Shown one piece after another: positions 25,692 through 39,334 of a stretch of 64,000 nt of DNA. The DNA is from Octopus vulgaris (Eukaryota). Location: assembly GCA_951406725.2 (NCBI GenBank), contig OX597814.1, positions 80,662,001-80,726,000 of the forward strand, in the 5' to 3' direction. Made by a program: the position numbers and the translations under genes. The notes below the pieces were generated by a model. The model made no database searches, was not told the DNA's origin, and was given only the letters and a program-made list of their open reading frames with translations. Each line of letters opens with the position of its first letter. The first letter of the stretch is position 1.

Positions 25692-26913
25692 TGTTTTAAA
25701 TCCAGGTTTTGTCCCACTTAACGGGTGTGGCCAGATCTACCTCAATGCCATAGCTATCGAGGTAGGCAGGTACAGCCCACCCCAACTTTGGGCTGGTTGG
25801 TGCCCATTCTCCTTTACTATCATGAGGCTTCTTTGGATATTTGACACTTCAATGTTGTTCAATATGAACTTGTGATAAAACAGGTTGTATTTTATGGGCT
25901 TGGGATCACTCTGAAAATAGATAACCAAAACGAACATTACCAACATATCAAGAAAGTGACAGAAACTTACAGGATGGTATGTATGTGTATAGAAGGATGT
26001 GATTAAGGAACATGTGTGTTAAAAGTGGTTTTCAAGATTTTGATTGGGAAATTCTTCATTCCTGACTCAACCGAGATTAACAGCTACAAAATGAAGGAGT
26101 TAGTTGACAACAACTCCTGTTAAATGTCCAAGATGATTGCAGATATTCTCCAAATATCAAAATTGAATGTTGAACACCATCTGCATAAACTTCTTTACAT
26201 CAGCAGGCTTGGTTTTTGGATCCCACATCAATTGAATGCTACCAACTTTTCCCAACAGACTTCCATCTGCAATTCATTGCAGAAATGTGAAGAAACTGAT
26301 TCTTTTTTTTTAAGAGAATGGTGACAGGGGATTAAAATGGCTCATCTATAATTATGTGAAGTGCAAACAATCATGGGTTAAGTGTGGTGAATTACCACAA
26401 ACAACCTCCAAAGCAGGACTTCACCCAAAGGATTTTATGCTATCAATTAGGTGGTATTGGAATGGTGTTATCTTTTATGAGCATCTTCCCTTGAGCAGGA
26501 CCATCAATTCAGATATATACTATGAGTAGCTGAACAAATTATATTACCACTTGCTAATTAGATGTGGTAGAAGTTACTGGGGCTTGGCTGGGAAGTTTTG
26601 CTGCACTGTCCATATTCATCTGTCCTTGTTCCTTCAATGTTTTCAATATCTTGGTTTCTTCAAAAAACATTAAATGGACAGATCTTCAAATCTAAACAAG
26701 ATGTGAAAATTCATCTGGAAGAGTTTTTCTCCAGTAAAGACAGGAAATTTTTTTCAACCTGGGAATAAAAGATCTGCTCATATGATGGCAGAAGAGACTG
26801 CTAATAAAACAGTAATTATATCATTGATTGAATCAATTGCTTTGTATTTAAAACTTGTCTCTTATTTTTGCTAAAAAAAACATTTAAAAAAACAGATTTT
26901 TTTGACCAATGCA
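25554..26913 (+). mobile_element. degraded mariner nested in the hAT, itself interrupted at ~25630-25850
   Basis: TIRs tgttggccaaaaagtctgtttg / aaaacagattttttgaccaatgc; WIPHQL, MVTG, PYSSVLVPS motifs. Confidence 0.75.
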
Positions 26914-28171
26914 ATACAAAAGTTGTTGTTGACATCATAAGAATTGAGAAACTTCAAAAATGTGAAATAATCCCTTGTAGGATCAGTGAATCTTAAAGCA
27001 AATAAACCTATAAACAGCGTGTAAATGTACCCTTTGAACAGAAAAAAATCAATGACTTCTCATGGGATGTGAACTAATATCTCCTGAAAATGTGACAGAT
27101 GTTCTGCTATGTTTGCAGAAGATATGGGTTTATGTCCCCTCAGACAACCATCAAATTTTTGTATCGAAAGGGATTTTAACCCAATATTGACACATTGTTA
27201 TTTACAATAGTTGACCAAGATACCTGGCAACTTACTGGACTCCAGAAGGCCTGTCCTTCACAGCAGAAGTGTTAAGCTCACATGCCCTGGTGAAGAGGAT
27301 TAGCCTACAAGAATTCGGTGCCAGTACCTCATAAAAAGCACTTGTGCTGGTGTCACATAAGAGTGCTCATGCTGATGTTATGTTAAAAGCACTCAGCACA
27401 CACTGAAAAGTGGTTGGTGTTAGGAAGGGCATCCAGCCATAGAAACCATGCCAAATCAGACTGGAACGTGGTGCAGCTCTTCAGCCTACCAGTTCTAGTC
27501 AAACTATCCAACTCATGCCAGCATGTAAAAGAGACATTAACAAATGATGATGATCATGTTGCTTCACGATACATTGAATGAAAGATATCGTTTTATGACA
27601 TTAGTATGATATGTATAAATCAATAACGATATTACATTTAAAAAGAAAAAAAATGAATTATATGGAAATATTATTTCATATGTTCTTTTCATTCATAAGA
27701 AAAAGACCTCTCACGATAATAATGAAGAAAAAATTATAAACCCTGAGCTGTTCTCTTCCCTTAAAAGAAAGCTTCACCCTTTCTTTCATTTCTTACTAAA
27801 CTCTCTTTCTCTCCCTCTCTTACTCTGAAAGCAAGTGTAGGTAGCAGCATCAAGAGTCGCCAGTCAAATTTCCCATGAGTGAAGTAACATTTCCCAGTTG
27901 AAACTGAAAGTTAACTTTGGGTTGAAAAGTCATTTGCAAACTTATGAAGCTTAAGTAATTTCTCACAGAAAGAAAAGGAAACAATAAATAAACATTGTGA
28001 TGTTCAACTCAAAATCATAATTCCAACTACTAGAACTGACAAAATATTTTGGATTGCATTATTAATGGAGTACACTACTACAAGTACAAAAAAAAACTGT
28101 AAAAGTGTTAATGGAATTTGTGATAACATTTACACAAAAGACATTTTACACTATGTTCATCATCATCATTC

Positions 28172-28211
<40 letters not shown>

Positions 28212-28858
28212 TATTTAACGTCCATTGTCCATGCTGATATGAGTTGGATGATTTGACCAGAGCTGGTAAGCTGGGGAGCTGCACCAGACTCCATTAGAGG
28301 TCCTTCCTAACACCAACCACTTTACAGAGTGTGCTGGGTACTTTTATGTGACACTACACAGGCACAATTATGTGACACCACACAGGCGCTTTTACATGAT
28401 GCCACACATGCACTTTTACATGGCACCGTTACAAGTGCTTTACTCCATCAGAATGATTGGTCTTAAGATTTCTGCTGCAGAGTTCAGTTCTTCTTGAGTA
28501 CAGCAAGGCACCAGGTATCTCAGTCTTTGTCATCTCACCTTAGCTCTTCACTACTTCATTCCATGTCTTCCTGGGTTTCTCACTTTACTGTTCAATAACA
28601 CAAAAACAGATTCAGAAATAGAGTGTATATAGAAGCAGATCTACAGATACAAATGACAAAGTTCCAAATACTGTGACCCATGATCAGCAGCGAACTCAGT
28701 TATGTAACTTTTAAAGTCTTATGAAGGTCAGCTGAAAAGTTGTTGGGTCAAGGTTGTTTCATTTGCAGGGAAGGTGATGGCCTTGGGAAAGAAACAATGC
28801 AGTTATTAATAAGAAAATTTGAAATTAATATCTGCAAGATTTCCCAGCTCTAGCATCA

Positions 28859-28981
28859 TAAGAAAAAGGAGGTAGTCAGAAATTTGGATAATTATTTATT
28901 TCATCTCATTTGAATCTCTGAAATAAGATGAGAGTGCTAAATAAATTATTGTCCAAAATTCTGACTACCTCCTTTTTCTTA
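28859..28981. repeat. imperfect hairpin, ~50-bp arms
   Basis: taagaaaaaggaggtagtcagaa...ttctgactacctcctttttctta. Confidence 0.85.
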
Positions 28982-29066
28982 ATATATAGAATCTGTACAA
29001 CACTTTCAACAATCTATACAAATACATACATGCATACATACATACATACATACATACATACATAAA

Positions 29067-29116
<50 letters not shown>

Positions 29117-29118
<2 letters not shown>

Positions 29119-29581
29119 ACTTACAAAATAAGGGCAAAAGAAAAATTCTAATGCCAAATATGCCAAAAAAAAGACATAATTGTCAATAACCATTATAATT
29201 TATGCATCTCGAAACATGCCGATAGAAATTTCTAAAAAATTCCGTTATTTAGTGTTTGCTTTTTCTATGGGTATGAGTAAGTATTTCATTTATGTCTTAT
29301 GTATTTATCGCTGACAAGGGGAAAATTCTTATGAATTGACCCCGAAATTGGGAGCAATACGGGTAATAACGGAATTTTTTAGAAATTTCTATCGGCATGT
29401 TTCGAGATGCATAAATTATAATGGTTATTGACAATTATGTCTTTTTTTCGGCATATTTGGCATTAGAATTTTTCTTTTGCCCTTATTTTGTAAGTTATTT
29501 ATAAATTTAACCTTTAAAGGTATTTTTTGATATGCTGGCAATTGATAAAATTTTTTTCGAAAAAATTTTATCCTACATTAG

Positions 29582-29584
<3 letters not shown>
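29117..29584 (+). mobile_element. (TA)n-flanked Penelope-like element: 133-bp inverted duplication around a hammerhead-like fold
   Basis: 29117-29249 vs 29365-29497 inverted with 1 mismatch; CTGACAA-gggg..cccc-GAAA-ttg-ggag-caa-TA in the spacer. Confidence 0.65.
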
Positions 29585-29619
<35 letters not shown>

Positions 29620-30609
29620 ATGTTTTGTTGTCCCATTTTTGTATCACCTAACTGTTCGGATGTTTTGCGTTCTTCTCCCATTTTGTATTTTGTATATATA
29701 TATACAGCGGCATCATACACTTTGGTCCCTTATATGTAAGCATACATTTTTCTAAACCTTATTTGACTCTTTTTCTGTCTACTTGAGTAATAAAGGTAGA
29801 ATGAGGTATTTTTGCCTCTTGGCTGAAATAGCTGTAAGTTATTTTCCCAATTTATATTCATGTGTGTTATTTTGTAATAATTACTGGTATCCTTATATAT
29901 TAATGTATTTTATATCTTATAAGTAAAGCATAATATGTTATACATGTATGTATATCCTTGAATTGTCAGTCTAGTAAATAAATAAATATGTTAACATAAT
30001 ATAATGTCTAAAAGTTGATGAACCACCTATTGATCCCCTCCATTTTCTTATTGCTATATATATATATATATATTTAGAGAGGGAGAGAGAGGGAGAAAGA
30101 GACAGAAAGAGAAGAATAGATGCAGTACATGACTGGTTCATTATCATTTCATCAAAGAATGAAAGTCAAAGCTGATCTTAGCAGGATTTGAATTCAGAAC
30201 TCAAAGAGGCTGGAACAAATACCATAAGAAGCTTCTAAAGCTTCACTGATTCAGCCAACTGGTTACCTTATTTTAATAATAACTCATCTGAAAATTATAG
30301 ATGCCTAAGATAATCTTTTATTAACATTTTAACACATTACCTTGCATCTAATAAGTTTAAAACTTCCTGTATAGCTTAAGAAATAATTTTCATATTTCTT
30401 GTCCGTATATGACATTGGTGCATAAGATTTTTTTTTTAGATGTAATTCCAGCTTCCAGTCTGTAGTAAATTGATGTTGAATTATTATAACTGCCTTCCTC
30501 CTTATTTACAATTTTTCATTATCATTTTGCTTTGTAGTTTTTATTTGTATACTAAGAGCAATGTTCTTCCCTAAAAAGTTGTATCAAATAGGGAACTGTT
30601 AGTATTTTC

Positions 30610-31237
30610 TGATGACAATGATGATGATGAGGAGGAGGAGGATGATAATGATGATGTTAATGATGATGATGGTGGTGGTGGTGTTGGTGGTGATGAAAAA
30701 GATGTGGAAAAGGAGAAAAGGAAAAATTAAAAAATACCAATAACAACAACAATAACAAATATATATGGTGGTGGTGATGGTGGTGGTGATGGTGATGATG
30801 GTGGTGGTGCTGGTGGTGGTGCTGGTTTTGGTGGCGGTGGTGCTGGTACTGGTGGCGGTGGTGATAATGGCAATGATTATGATGAGGAGGAGGAGGAGGA
30901 GGAGGATGGGGGTGGTGATGAGGATGATGGAGGTGGTGATGATGCTATTGAAGGTGACGTTGGTAGTGGTGCTGGCAGGTACTGATGGTAGTGATGATGG
31001 TGGTATATTTGGTAGAGGTGTTGGCAGAAGTCTTGGTAGTGGTGGTGATGTTATTGGTATTGTTGGTATAAAACGAATTAGTAATGAAATCAAGTCACTA
31101 ATAATATAAATAATCCATAAATGTGTAAAAGACTGAATGCTAGTCAGGTATTAATGAATGTAATATTGGCATTGGTTCATTCATATTTTTTTTGTACAGA
31201 TAAAAGTTATTACACAACCTTATTACAGCAACATTAT

Positions 31238-31305
<68 letters not shown>

Positions 31306-31680
31306 GTATCATCATCATCATCATCATCACCAGCAGTATTGCTGCTGTCATCATCATCATCATCATTTATTATCACTATATTATTATTATTATTATTATT
31401 ATTAATATTTTCATATTGGTTATTTTTTTTTTCTTCACATCTTTACACAGACTTGGCAGTCATTCACAAAACTCTTGCCAAGAAATTGCTTTATGTAATT
31501 TTTTGTTGTTTTTTGTTAATATGTGTGTGTCTCTATTTGTGCATGTATATATGTGTGTGTGTATCTATATATATATATATAACATCCGTACAAAAAATAT
31601 ATATATATAAATACATATATATATTTATATGTAACATACACTCAAATATATCGATATATATATGTATGTATGTGTATACA

Positions 31681-31722
<42 letters not shown>

Positions 31723-31734
31723 CATGTATGTATG

Positions 31735-31791
<57 letters not shown>

Positions 31792-31860
31792 GTGTGCGTG
31801 TGTGTATATATATATATATATATATACACACACATATATATATAAATATATATAAGTATG
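30610..31860. repeat. compound microsatellite block (GAT/GGT, TAC, CAT, TAT, TA)
   Basis: Direct inspection. Confidence 0.9.
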
Positions 31861-32609
31861 TGTGTGTGTGTGTCTCATCATTGTTGTTATCATCATCATT
31901 TAATGTCCATCTTCCATGCTGGTATGGGTTGGACAGCCTGAGAGGAGCTATCCGGCCAGAAAGCTGCATCAGACTCCAGTTGTCTGTTTTGACCTAGTTT
32001 CTATGGCTGAATACCCTTCCTAACGTCAGCCACTTTACAGATTGCTCTAGGTGCATTTTTTTAAATGGCACCAGCCTAAGCACTATCTGTGGCACCAGCA
32101 TGGATGCTTTTTATGTGACACCAGCATGATTACTTTTTATGTGGCACTAGCATGGATGAGAAGGTTATCTTTGCCAGGTGTTAGCTACATATATCCTCAT
32201 CAGATAATTTCTTAAAAAGCCTTAGGGCTGAAACATGTAAAAGAAGAAAAAAATTGGCTCTGTGGAATTTGGTTTTAAATCCTTGTAAGCATCACTGTAT
32301 TTTATCTGATATTACTATAATATTAAAGCAGCAAGCTAGCAGAATTGTTAACATGCCGGGCAAAATGCTTAGTGTCATATCCTCCATCTTTATCTTCTGA
32401 GTTCAAATTCCACTAAGATTGACTTTGCCCTTCATCCTTTCAGGGTTGATTAATCGAATTAACTCCTCTGCTGAAATTGCTGGCCTTGGACCAAAATTTG
32501 AAACTTATATTACTATATCACTAGAAGCCTGTAAGGGAGCACCTGTGTAATTTCTTGATCCACAAGTAATAACAGCAAAATGAAATCACTTTTGAATCAC
32601 AGTCCCACT

Positions 32610-32827
32610 CTTTTACTCTCTCTTTACTTTTTTACTTGTTTCAGCCATTTGACTGTGGCCATGCTGGAGCACCACCTTTAGTCAAGCAAATCAACCCCAG
32701 GACTTATTCTTTGTAAGCCTAGTACTTATTCTATCAGTCTCTTTTGTCGAACCACTAAGTTACAGGAGCGTAAACACACCAGCATCAGTTGTCAAGCAAT
32801 GTTGGGGGTACAAACACAAACACATAA

Positions 32828-32858
<31 letters not shown>

Positions 32859-33045
32859 TATATATATATATATACATATATACGATGGGCTTCTTTCAGC
32901 TTCCGTCTACCAAGTCCACTCACAAGGCTTTGGTCAGCCCGAGGCTATAGTAGAAGACACTTGCCCAAGGTGCCATCTAGTGGGAATTAACCCAGAACCA
33001 TGTGGTTGGTAAGCAAGCTACTTACCACACAGCCACTCCTGTGCC
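32610..33045 (-). mobile_element. SINE family A
   Basis: Homology to family A. Confidence 0.85.
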
Positions 33046-33669
33046 ACTGTCTTAAATATGTGATGATGATGATTCTTTCAGGTTCAGATGTAAGACTTTT
33101 TCTAGCGTTCTTCAACATTTAGCATTAGAATGTTCTGAAACACATCCAACTTTGAATATATATATGTGTGTCTGTATATGCCTGTGTTTATGTGTATATA
33201 TGTAGGCAAGTATGTATTTGTATGTACACTGTTCAGACACACACACACACACATAATCTCCCCACCCACCCACACATGTACACATGTACACACACATACA
33301 CACTCAAGTGACATGGTAACCTCACTAGTGCCAGTGACATGGAAAAAGCACCCAGTGCACTTTGTAAAGTGGTTGACATTAAGTAGGACATCCAGGCATA
33401 GAAACCATGCCAAAATAGACAAATGAGCTTGATGCAGCCCTGCAACTTGTGGGTTCCTTGTCAAACCATCCTTAACCAGACATTAAATGATGATGATATG
33501 GCTGTGCTATTGGGAAGTTAATTTCACAACCCCATGGTTTCATATTTGATACTACCACATGAGACCTTGGGCAAGTCCCTTCAATTATAACCTAACATTG
33601 ACCAATGCTTTGTGAGTAAAATTCAGTAAGCTAAAACTGTAAAAAGGTACAGAAGCCCAATATATCTCA

Positions 33670-35860
33670 ATATTTTGTATGACACAAGGACCTAGCTCTC
33701 AGTAATTTGTAAACTTTATACTAGCAGTGTTTGGACAGTAGTTATGGAATATTTTCCACAGTGTACAAATGATATAGCCCTTTTGGTGACATTGGAGAGA
33801 ACAGTTTCAGCTTGTTGAGGCAATCCCATTAATCAAGGCCTGTTATAAAATATTTTTCTTCTGTGTTCATTTCTGGGCATGCCTCAGGTCTCATAATGTT
33901 TTGTCATATATAGGGAGACCACAGTGGGTAGTATTATTCAAGGTAAGGTCTAATAAACATAGAGAAAAGAAAGATGATGGCATCAGGGTCTCTGGACCAA
34001 ATACTTCTAAGAACCCAGGAGCACATTCTGTGGGCTATATCATCTTTATTGTTAATATGTGTATTCCTAGTTAGGTTGGTGTCCATATTTAACAGTTTCG
34101 CCTAAGACTCTGATATTATTTGATGCTACAAGAAGCTCTTCTGGGAGAAGAGAATGTGGCTGTTTAAATGTATTCTTTCTCCAAAGTGGATGAACTTAAA
34201 TTTCCCCTCATCTTGCAGCATGTCCCCTCACCCTCCATCAAAGTACAGTATGCAGATCAGACTGGAGTTCTCTTTGGTCACATTCTTCTTTGCTAATTTT
34301 CTGGAGCTTAGAGTCATCTTTCCTACATTTCATGACGTTTTCAACATCATATTATTTCCTACTTGTTTCGGTCATTAGCGGGGCATCATTCTAAAGAATT
34401 TTTAACCAAATAAATCAAACCCAGTACTTATTTTTGATAAGCCTGGTACTTATTCTATTGGTATCTTTTGCCAAACCACTAAGTTACAGTGTACGTAAAT
34501 ACACCAACACTAGTTGTCAAGTGATGGGCGAAAGCACAGACAAAAAGACACACACACACATACACACAATAAGCTTCTTTCAGTTTTCATCAACCAAATC
34601 CACTCACAAGGCTTTGGTTGGCCCAAGGCTCTAGTAGCAAACACTTACCCAATGTGTCATGCAGTGGGAGTGAACCCAAAACCATGTGATTGGGAAACAA
34701 ACTTCTTACCACTCAGTCACACCTGCGCTTGTAACTAATAAACAGAAGTGAACCCAACTCAATACCCTGAAGGACTTTTGCTGGACTTGAGCAAATTTTG
34801 TCAATTGCAACATGTTAGATTCTGCTAGTTAGAAAACATTTAATCCACTGCAGTAGCTTACTACATACTCCAGTGTCCGGTAATTCCTTCAGTAGAATGC
34901 TGTTGTCAACTCTATCAAAAGTTTTACTGGAGTCAAAATAAACAACACTTGTATTAGTGTATTCACCCAGAGCATTTAGAATATCATCAATGTGGTGTAG
35001 AAGCTATTTTAGGCAGTCTCTGCTATCATGAAAAAAATGCTGATTAGGTTCTAAGAAATGATTTTTTTTTCTCTACAGGAAGGCAGTTTTTTTTTATCTG
35101 ACCACCTCCTCAAATACTTTAATAGCACTGTGTAACAAAATTAAAATATTTTTTTGTCTTTGGTCAGTATGTGTTATTTCCTATTTGCTTCTATTTTGAA
35201 ATCAAAGGAAATGACTACTGTTTCTTTCAAACTTTGCTTTTGTGACCTAGATATCAATGTTTTGAAATTGACTTGTTTTCCATTACATTTCAGACAGATT
35301 CAATACTGAGTTACTGAAGCAGAAATATCATTATAGCAAATATTCTGCTCAATACGATAAATTTGCTTGTCAGTTACTTGACTATAACCATCTGAGCATG
35401 TCCTTTAGTGGCTGACAATATGTGCATCTCTGATGATGGACAGGAGTAGTTAGCCATGTGCTGAGAGGGATTCTTTGGGGTTTGAATAAATGTAACAAAA
35501 GCAAAGTTTGAAGGAAATATTAGCCATTTCCCATACTTTCTAGGGGTAAGCAAATAGGAGATAGAAACAGTTGCTACTAAAGGACAAAAATCGTGTTACA
35601 CAGTATAATATGAGAGATTAGTGAAATCAGATGATAATTCCCTGTGAGTGATTTATTTCCCTTTTTAAAAACTAGGATAACAGACTGTGACAGAAAATAC
35701 AAAAGTTTAAAAGCCTAACTCAAGTGATTTCCTCCAGAGATTAGCAAGAGATGTAAGGTGATGCTTGCGCTCATTCAGGGAACAAACTAGAGGAACATGA
35801 GTAAATATTATCCAGTACTGTGTATAAAACTTTCAATCTTGGGTGACTTTTGTAACATTT
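33670..35860 (-). mobile_element. decayed CR1/L2-group LINE RT, interrupted by SINE A (34350-34730) and a MITE
   Basis: VFKKGNKSLTGNYHLISL|IKVFE; VYFDSSKTFDRVDNSILL..KLLQWIKCFLTSR; VLQGIELG. Confidence 0.7.
35127..35604. mobile_element. MITE with ~120-bp imperfect TIRs, inserted in the CR1/L2 LINE
   Basis: actgtgtaac...gttacacagt termini; ttcaaactttgcttttgt / acaaaagcaaagtttgaa; LINE reading frame resumes across it. Confidence 0.7.
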
Positions 35861-35956
35861 TGTTGACTATAGCCCTGGGCTGACTGAAGTCCTATAAATG
35901 GATTTGGTAGATATGGAAGCTTAAGGAAGTTCATTGTACACACACACACAGACACA

Positions 35957-36025
<69 letters not shown>

Positions 36026-36285
36026 GCATGTATGTATGTATGTATTTATGTCTCTATTTGTGTATCTTCCTATGTTTATGTTTGTCACCCACTATCATTT
36101 GACAACTGGTGTTGGTTTATTTAGGTCCCTGTAACTTAGCTGCTTTACAAAAAGAGACCAATAGAATAAGTAACAGGCTTAAAAATAAAATTAAGTACTG
36201 GGGGCAATTTGTTTGACTAAACATTTTAAGGCAATACCCCAGCATGGCTGCAGTCCATTCACTGAAACAAGTAAAAAATAAAAGA
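35860..36285 (+). mobile_element. SINE family A (5'-truncated)
   Basis: Homology to family A. Confidence 0.8.
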
Positions 36286-36304
36286 TATATATATATATGT
36301 ATAT

Positions 36305-36627
36305 ATACAAAATTAAGAGGAATGACCGCTTAAGTGGACACCTAATATGCTAAACATAGACGTCAAATCAGCATTACCACGAAGAATGTGTTCTGAAAAA
36401 AAATCTCAGCAAAACGCCATAATATAAAAATGAGCAAGACAAATGAAACACATTCTTCATGGTAATGGCGATTTGACATCTATGTTTAGCATATTAGGTA
36501 TCCACTTTAGTGGTCATTCCTTTTAATCTTGTATGTAACACACAACTTTTGATCTTTGGATTTTTTTAAATATGCTAAGCCACTGGTTTTAATTGATTAA
36601 TATCAATTTCTACCCTTATTATTTAGT
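36305..36627 (+). mobile_element. element starting in (TA)n with 88-bp inverted duplication (Penelope pLTR-like)
   Basis: 36305-36392 vs 36447-36534 inverted, about 9 mismatches. Confidence 0.55.
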
Positions 36628-36722
36628 ATCATCATCATCATTTAACGTCCGCTTTCCATGCTAGCATGGGTTGGATGGTTCAACTGGGGTCTGGGGAGCC
36701 CGAAGGCTGCACCAGGCCAGTC

Positions 36723-36799
<77 letters not shown>

Positions 36800-37677
36800 C
36801 ATAGATACACACATTCATATACATACGTCTATATTTATATTTATAGATGTGTTGTTATTGCATGGTACATGTGTGTCTGCATGTGTGTCTGTAGCTGTGT
36901 ATATGAGCCTGTGTGTGTGTATGTGTGTGTGTGTGCATGTGTGTGTGTGCATGTGTTTGTATTAAATAAATCCATGCAAAGCATATACAACATCTGTTTG
37001 AACTGGCATTGAAATATATTCCATTGAACTGATCAATGATTTTCTGGTTAACTTCTATCTTCTTTCTTAGCCTCTATGCTGCTGACATACATAGAAAACC
37101 TGGTCTGCTTTTTATTTCAATCTGTTTCTTGTCAATTGTATTTGCTATCATCATTTATCTTCCACTTACAGAATAGAACATCAGAGAGAAATGACACAAA
37201 AAAACATTAGCAATTCTATAGTAGACGTTGTTGCTATAGTTGTTGCCGCTATTGTTGTCATAGTTTTTTATGTTGTTGTTGTTTTGTTGGTTTTTTTATG
37301 TTTTTTTTTTGCTTTCCTGTTGGTGTTGTTGTTGATAAGTCCTTCCCAAGTTGGGACTGATTGAACAAACCTGCAATAAAAGTACTGAAGACACAGACCA
37401 GCTCATCTTTTTTTTTTATGTTATTTTTTCAGACAGTTTATATCTATGCTAATATTATCCAATGTGTGTGTCCCTGTGGTTTTGAAGATAGTAAGGAAGT
37501 TATTTGAGGTTGATTTAACTGCTCATACTAGCAAGTCAAGTGACTACATAGAGACGTTTTTGTCAGCTCTCACATATGTTAGTAGACAACTAAGATGGTT
37601 TAGACATATAAATGGAAGCTTCTGGCTGAGTAATATTTTATATTATATAGATAATAACTATTTTTGTTATAATAAAA

Positions 37678-37920
37678 ATAATTAATTCTTTTTATTGGCC
37701 ACAAGGGCTAATATAAATCAAAACATTAAAGGACAACACAAGACGATCAACCAAGGGTTTTGCAAAAAAGGTCCGTGTAAACATTTCATAACAAAAACAG
37801 CAATATAACAAGTAAAAACTCCCAGTAGAGGGAGGCACTTTGAAGGTTACTCATGGGAAAACCCATAAAAGCCACGGGTGCCTGGTCAACAGACGAGAAC
37901 CTTTTTTCCTTTCATACCTT
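37678..37920 (-). mobile_element. probable LINE (L1/Tx1-like) 3' UTR fragment
   Basis: Minus strand ends agcccttgtggccAATAAAagaatt, resembling the tail of SINE B at 42775-42800. Confidence 0.4.
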
Positions 37921-37934
37921 TATAATAATAATAA

Positions 37935-38690
37935 TTCTTTCTACTATAGGCACAAGGCCTGAAATTTGGAAGAGCGGACTAGTTGATTACATCGACCCCA
38001 GTGTTTTACTGGTACTTAATTTATTGATGCCAAAAGGATGGAAGATAAAGTCGACCTTGGCATAATTTGAACTCAGAATGTAAAGATGGATGAAATACCA
38101 TGAAGCATTTCACCTAGCATGCTAACAATTCTGCCAGCTCACTGCCTTCTGTCATAATAATAATAATCCTTTCTTCTATAGGTACAAGGTCTGGTATTTG
38201 GCGGAGGGGACTAGTCAATTACATCGACCCCAGTGTTTCACTGGTATTTCATTTATCGACCCTGAAATGATGAAAGGAATTCAAATTTTGGCACAATTTT
38301 GGGGAGGGGATAAGTTCATTACATCAACCCCAGTGTTCAGTTTGGTATTTATTTAATCAACACTGAAGGGATGAAAGGCAAAAATCAACCTTGGCAGAAT
38401 TTGAACTCAGAATGTAAAGAAGGACAAACTGCTGCTAAGCTCTTTGTCTGGCATGCTAACCATTCTATCAGCTTGCTGCCTTAATAATGATATTGGCTTC
38501 TGATTTAGGCACAAGCCCAGCAGCTTTGAGAGTAGGGAATAAGTTGATAGTGTTGACCTCAGTACTTAACTGGTATTTTATTTTATTGACCCCTGAAAGA
38601 ATGATAAGCAAAATCAATCTCTGAAGGATTTAAACTCGGATATTATCAAACATTTTGTCTGGCATTTTAATGGTTCTGCCACTGCCTTCC
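37935..38690 (-). mobile_element. tandem array of 4 SINE B copies
   Basis: Repeated acatcgaccccagtg...gatgaaaggc...gaatttgaactcag units separated by (TAA)n. Confidence 0.8.
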
Positions 38691-39334
38691 AGAGAGACAG
38701 ATGAAGGGAAGCTTACAAAGACAGGTTTCAAAATATGATGGAGCATACAAAGAAATTGAAGATTGTAGGTTTTTCCCATATGTATATATGTATATATATA
38801 TATATATATTTACACAGACAGACAGCAACACACACACACACACACATGCATACATAAACAACAAGCTTCCCGCAGTTTCTGTCTACCAAACTCACTTGTA
38901 AGACATCAGTCAGCCTAGAGCTATAGCAAAAGATGTTTGCACAGTAAGACTGAACCTCCGATAAAGAGCTAACAAGTTAGTTTTTATTCTAATATGTATA
39001 TATTTTTTATACTATATATAAAGGATATTGATTTATTGAAAAAATATTATTTTATTATTGAATTTTAGATTTTTCTAACCTGTTAAATAAGAAAAAAATG
39101 AGATTAAGAAGTATACAACATTTACAAATATCCGATATGGTCCTAGAGAGGACTGCTATAGAAGGCCAGTGAAAAAAATCTACAGATCAATGATCACTAT
39201 TTTTATCAAAATATGCTACTAGTTTCAACTGTTTCAACCAATTTAGTCATGAAATAAGAGAAAGGAAAAATAAAATGAAATAAATTAAAATTATAGTTTA
39301 TTATATTAGCTTTGCAATCTTACTACATTCTGAA

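Larger units (their letters stand above)
23908..27190 (+). mobile_element. decayed Buster/ZBED5-type hAT transposase interrupted by a SINE and a mariner
   Basis: MDKWLK start; ITENLIKPCAKD; SLSND; FSLQxDxST; LLLHTEV|xWLS split by the SINE; late CxxGF-like motif near 27165. Confidence 0.7.

Noticed and set aside
30599-31997. 100-170 aa low-complexity ORFs
   Set aside because: Simple repeats open on both strands; no splice or homology evidence
35430-35470. CTGATGA inside the MITE
   Set aside because: No downstream GAAA or stem arrangement
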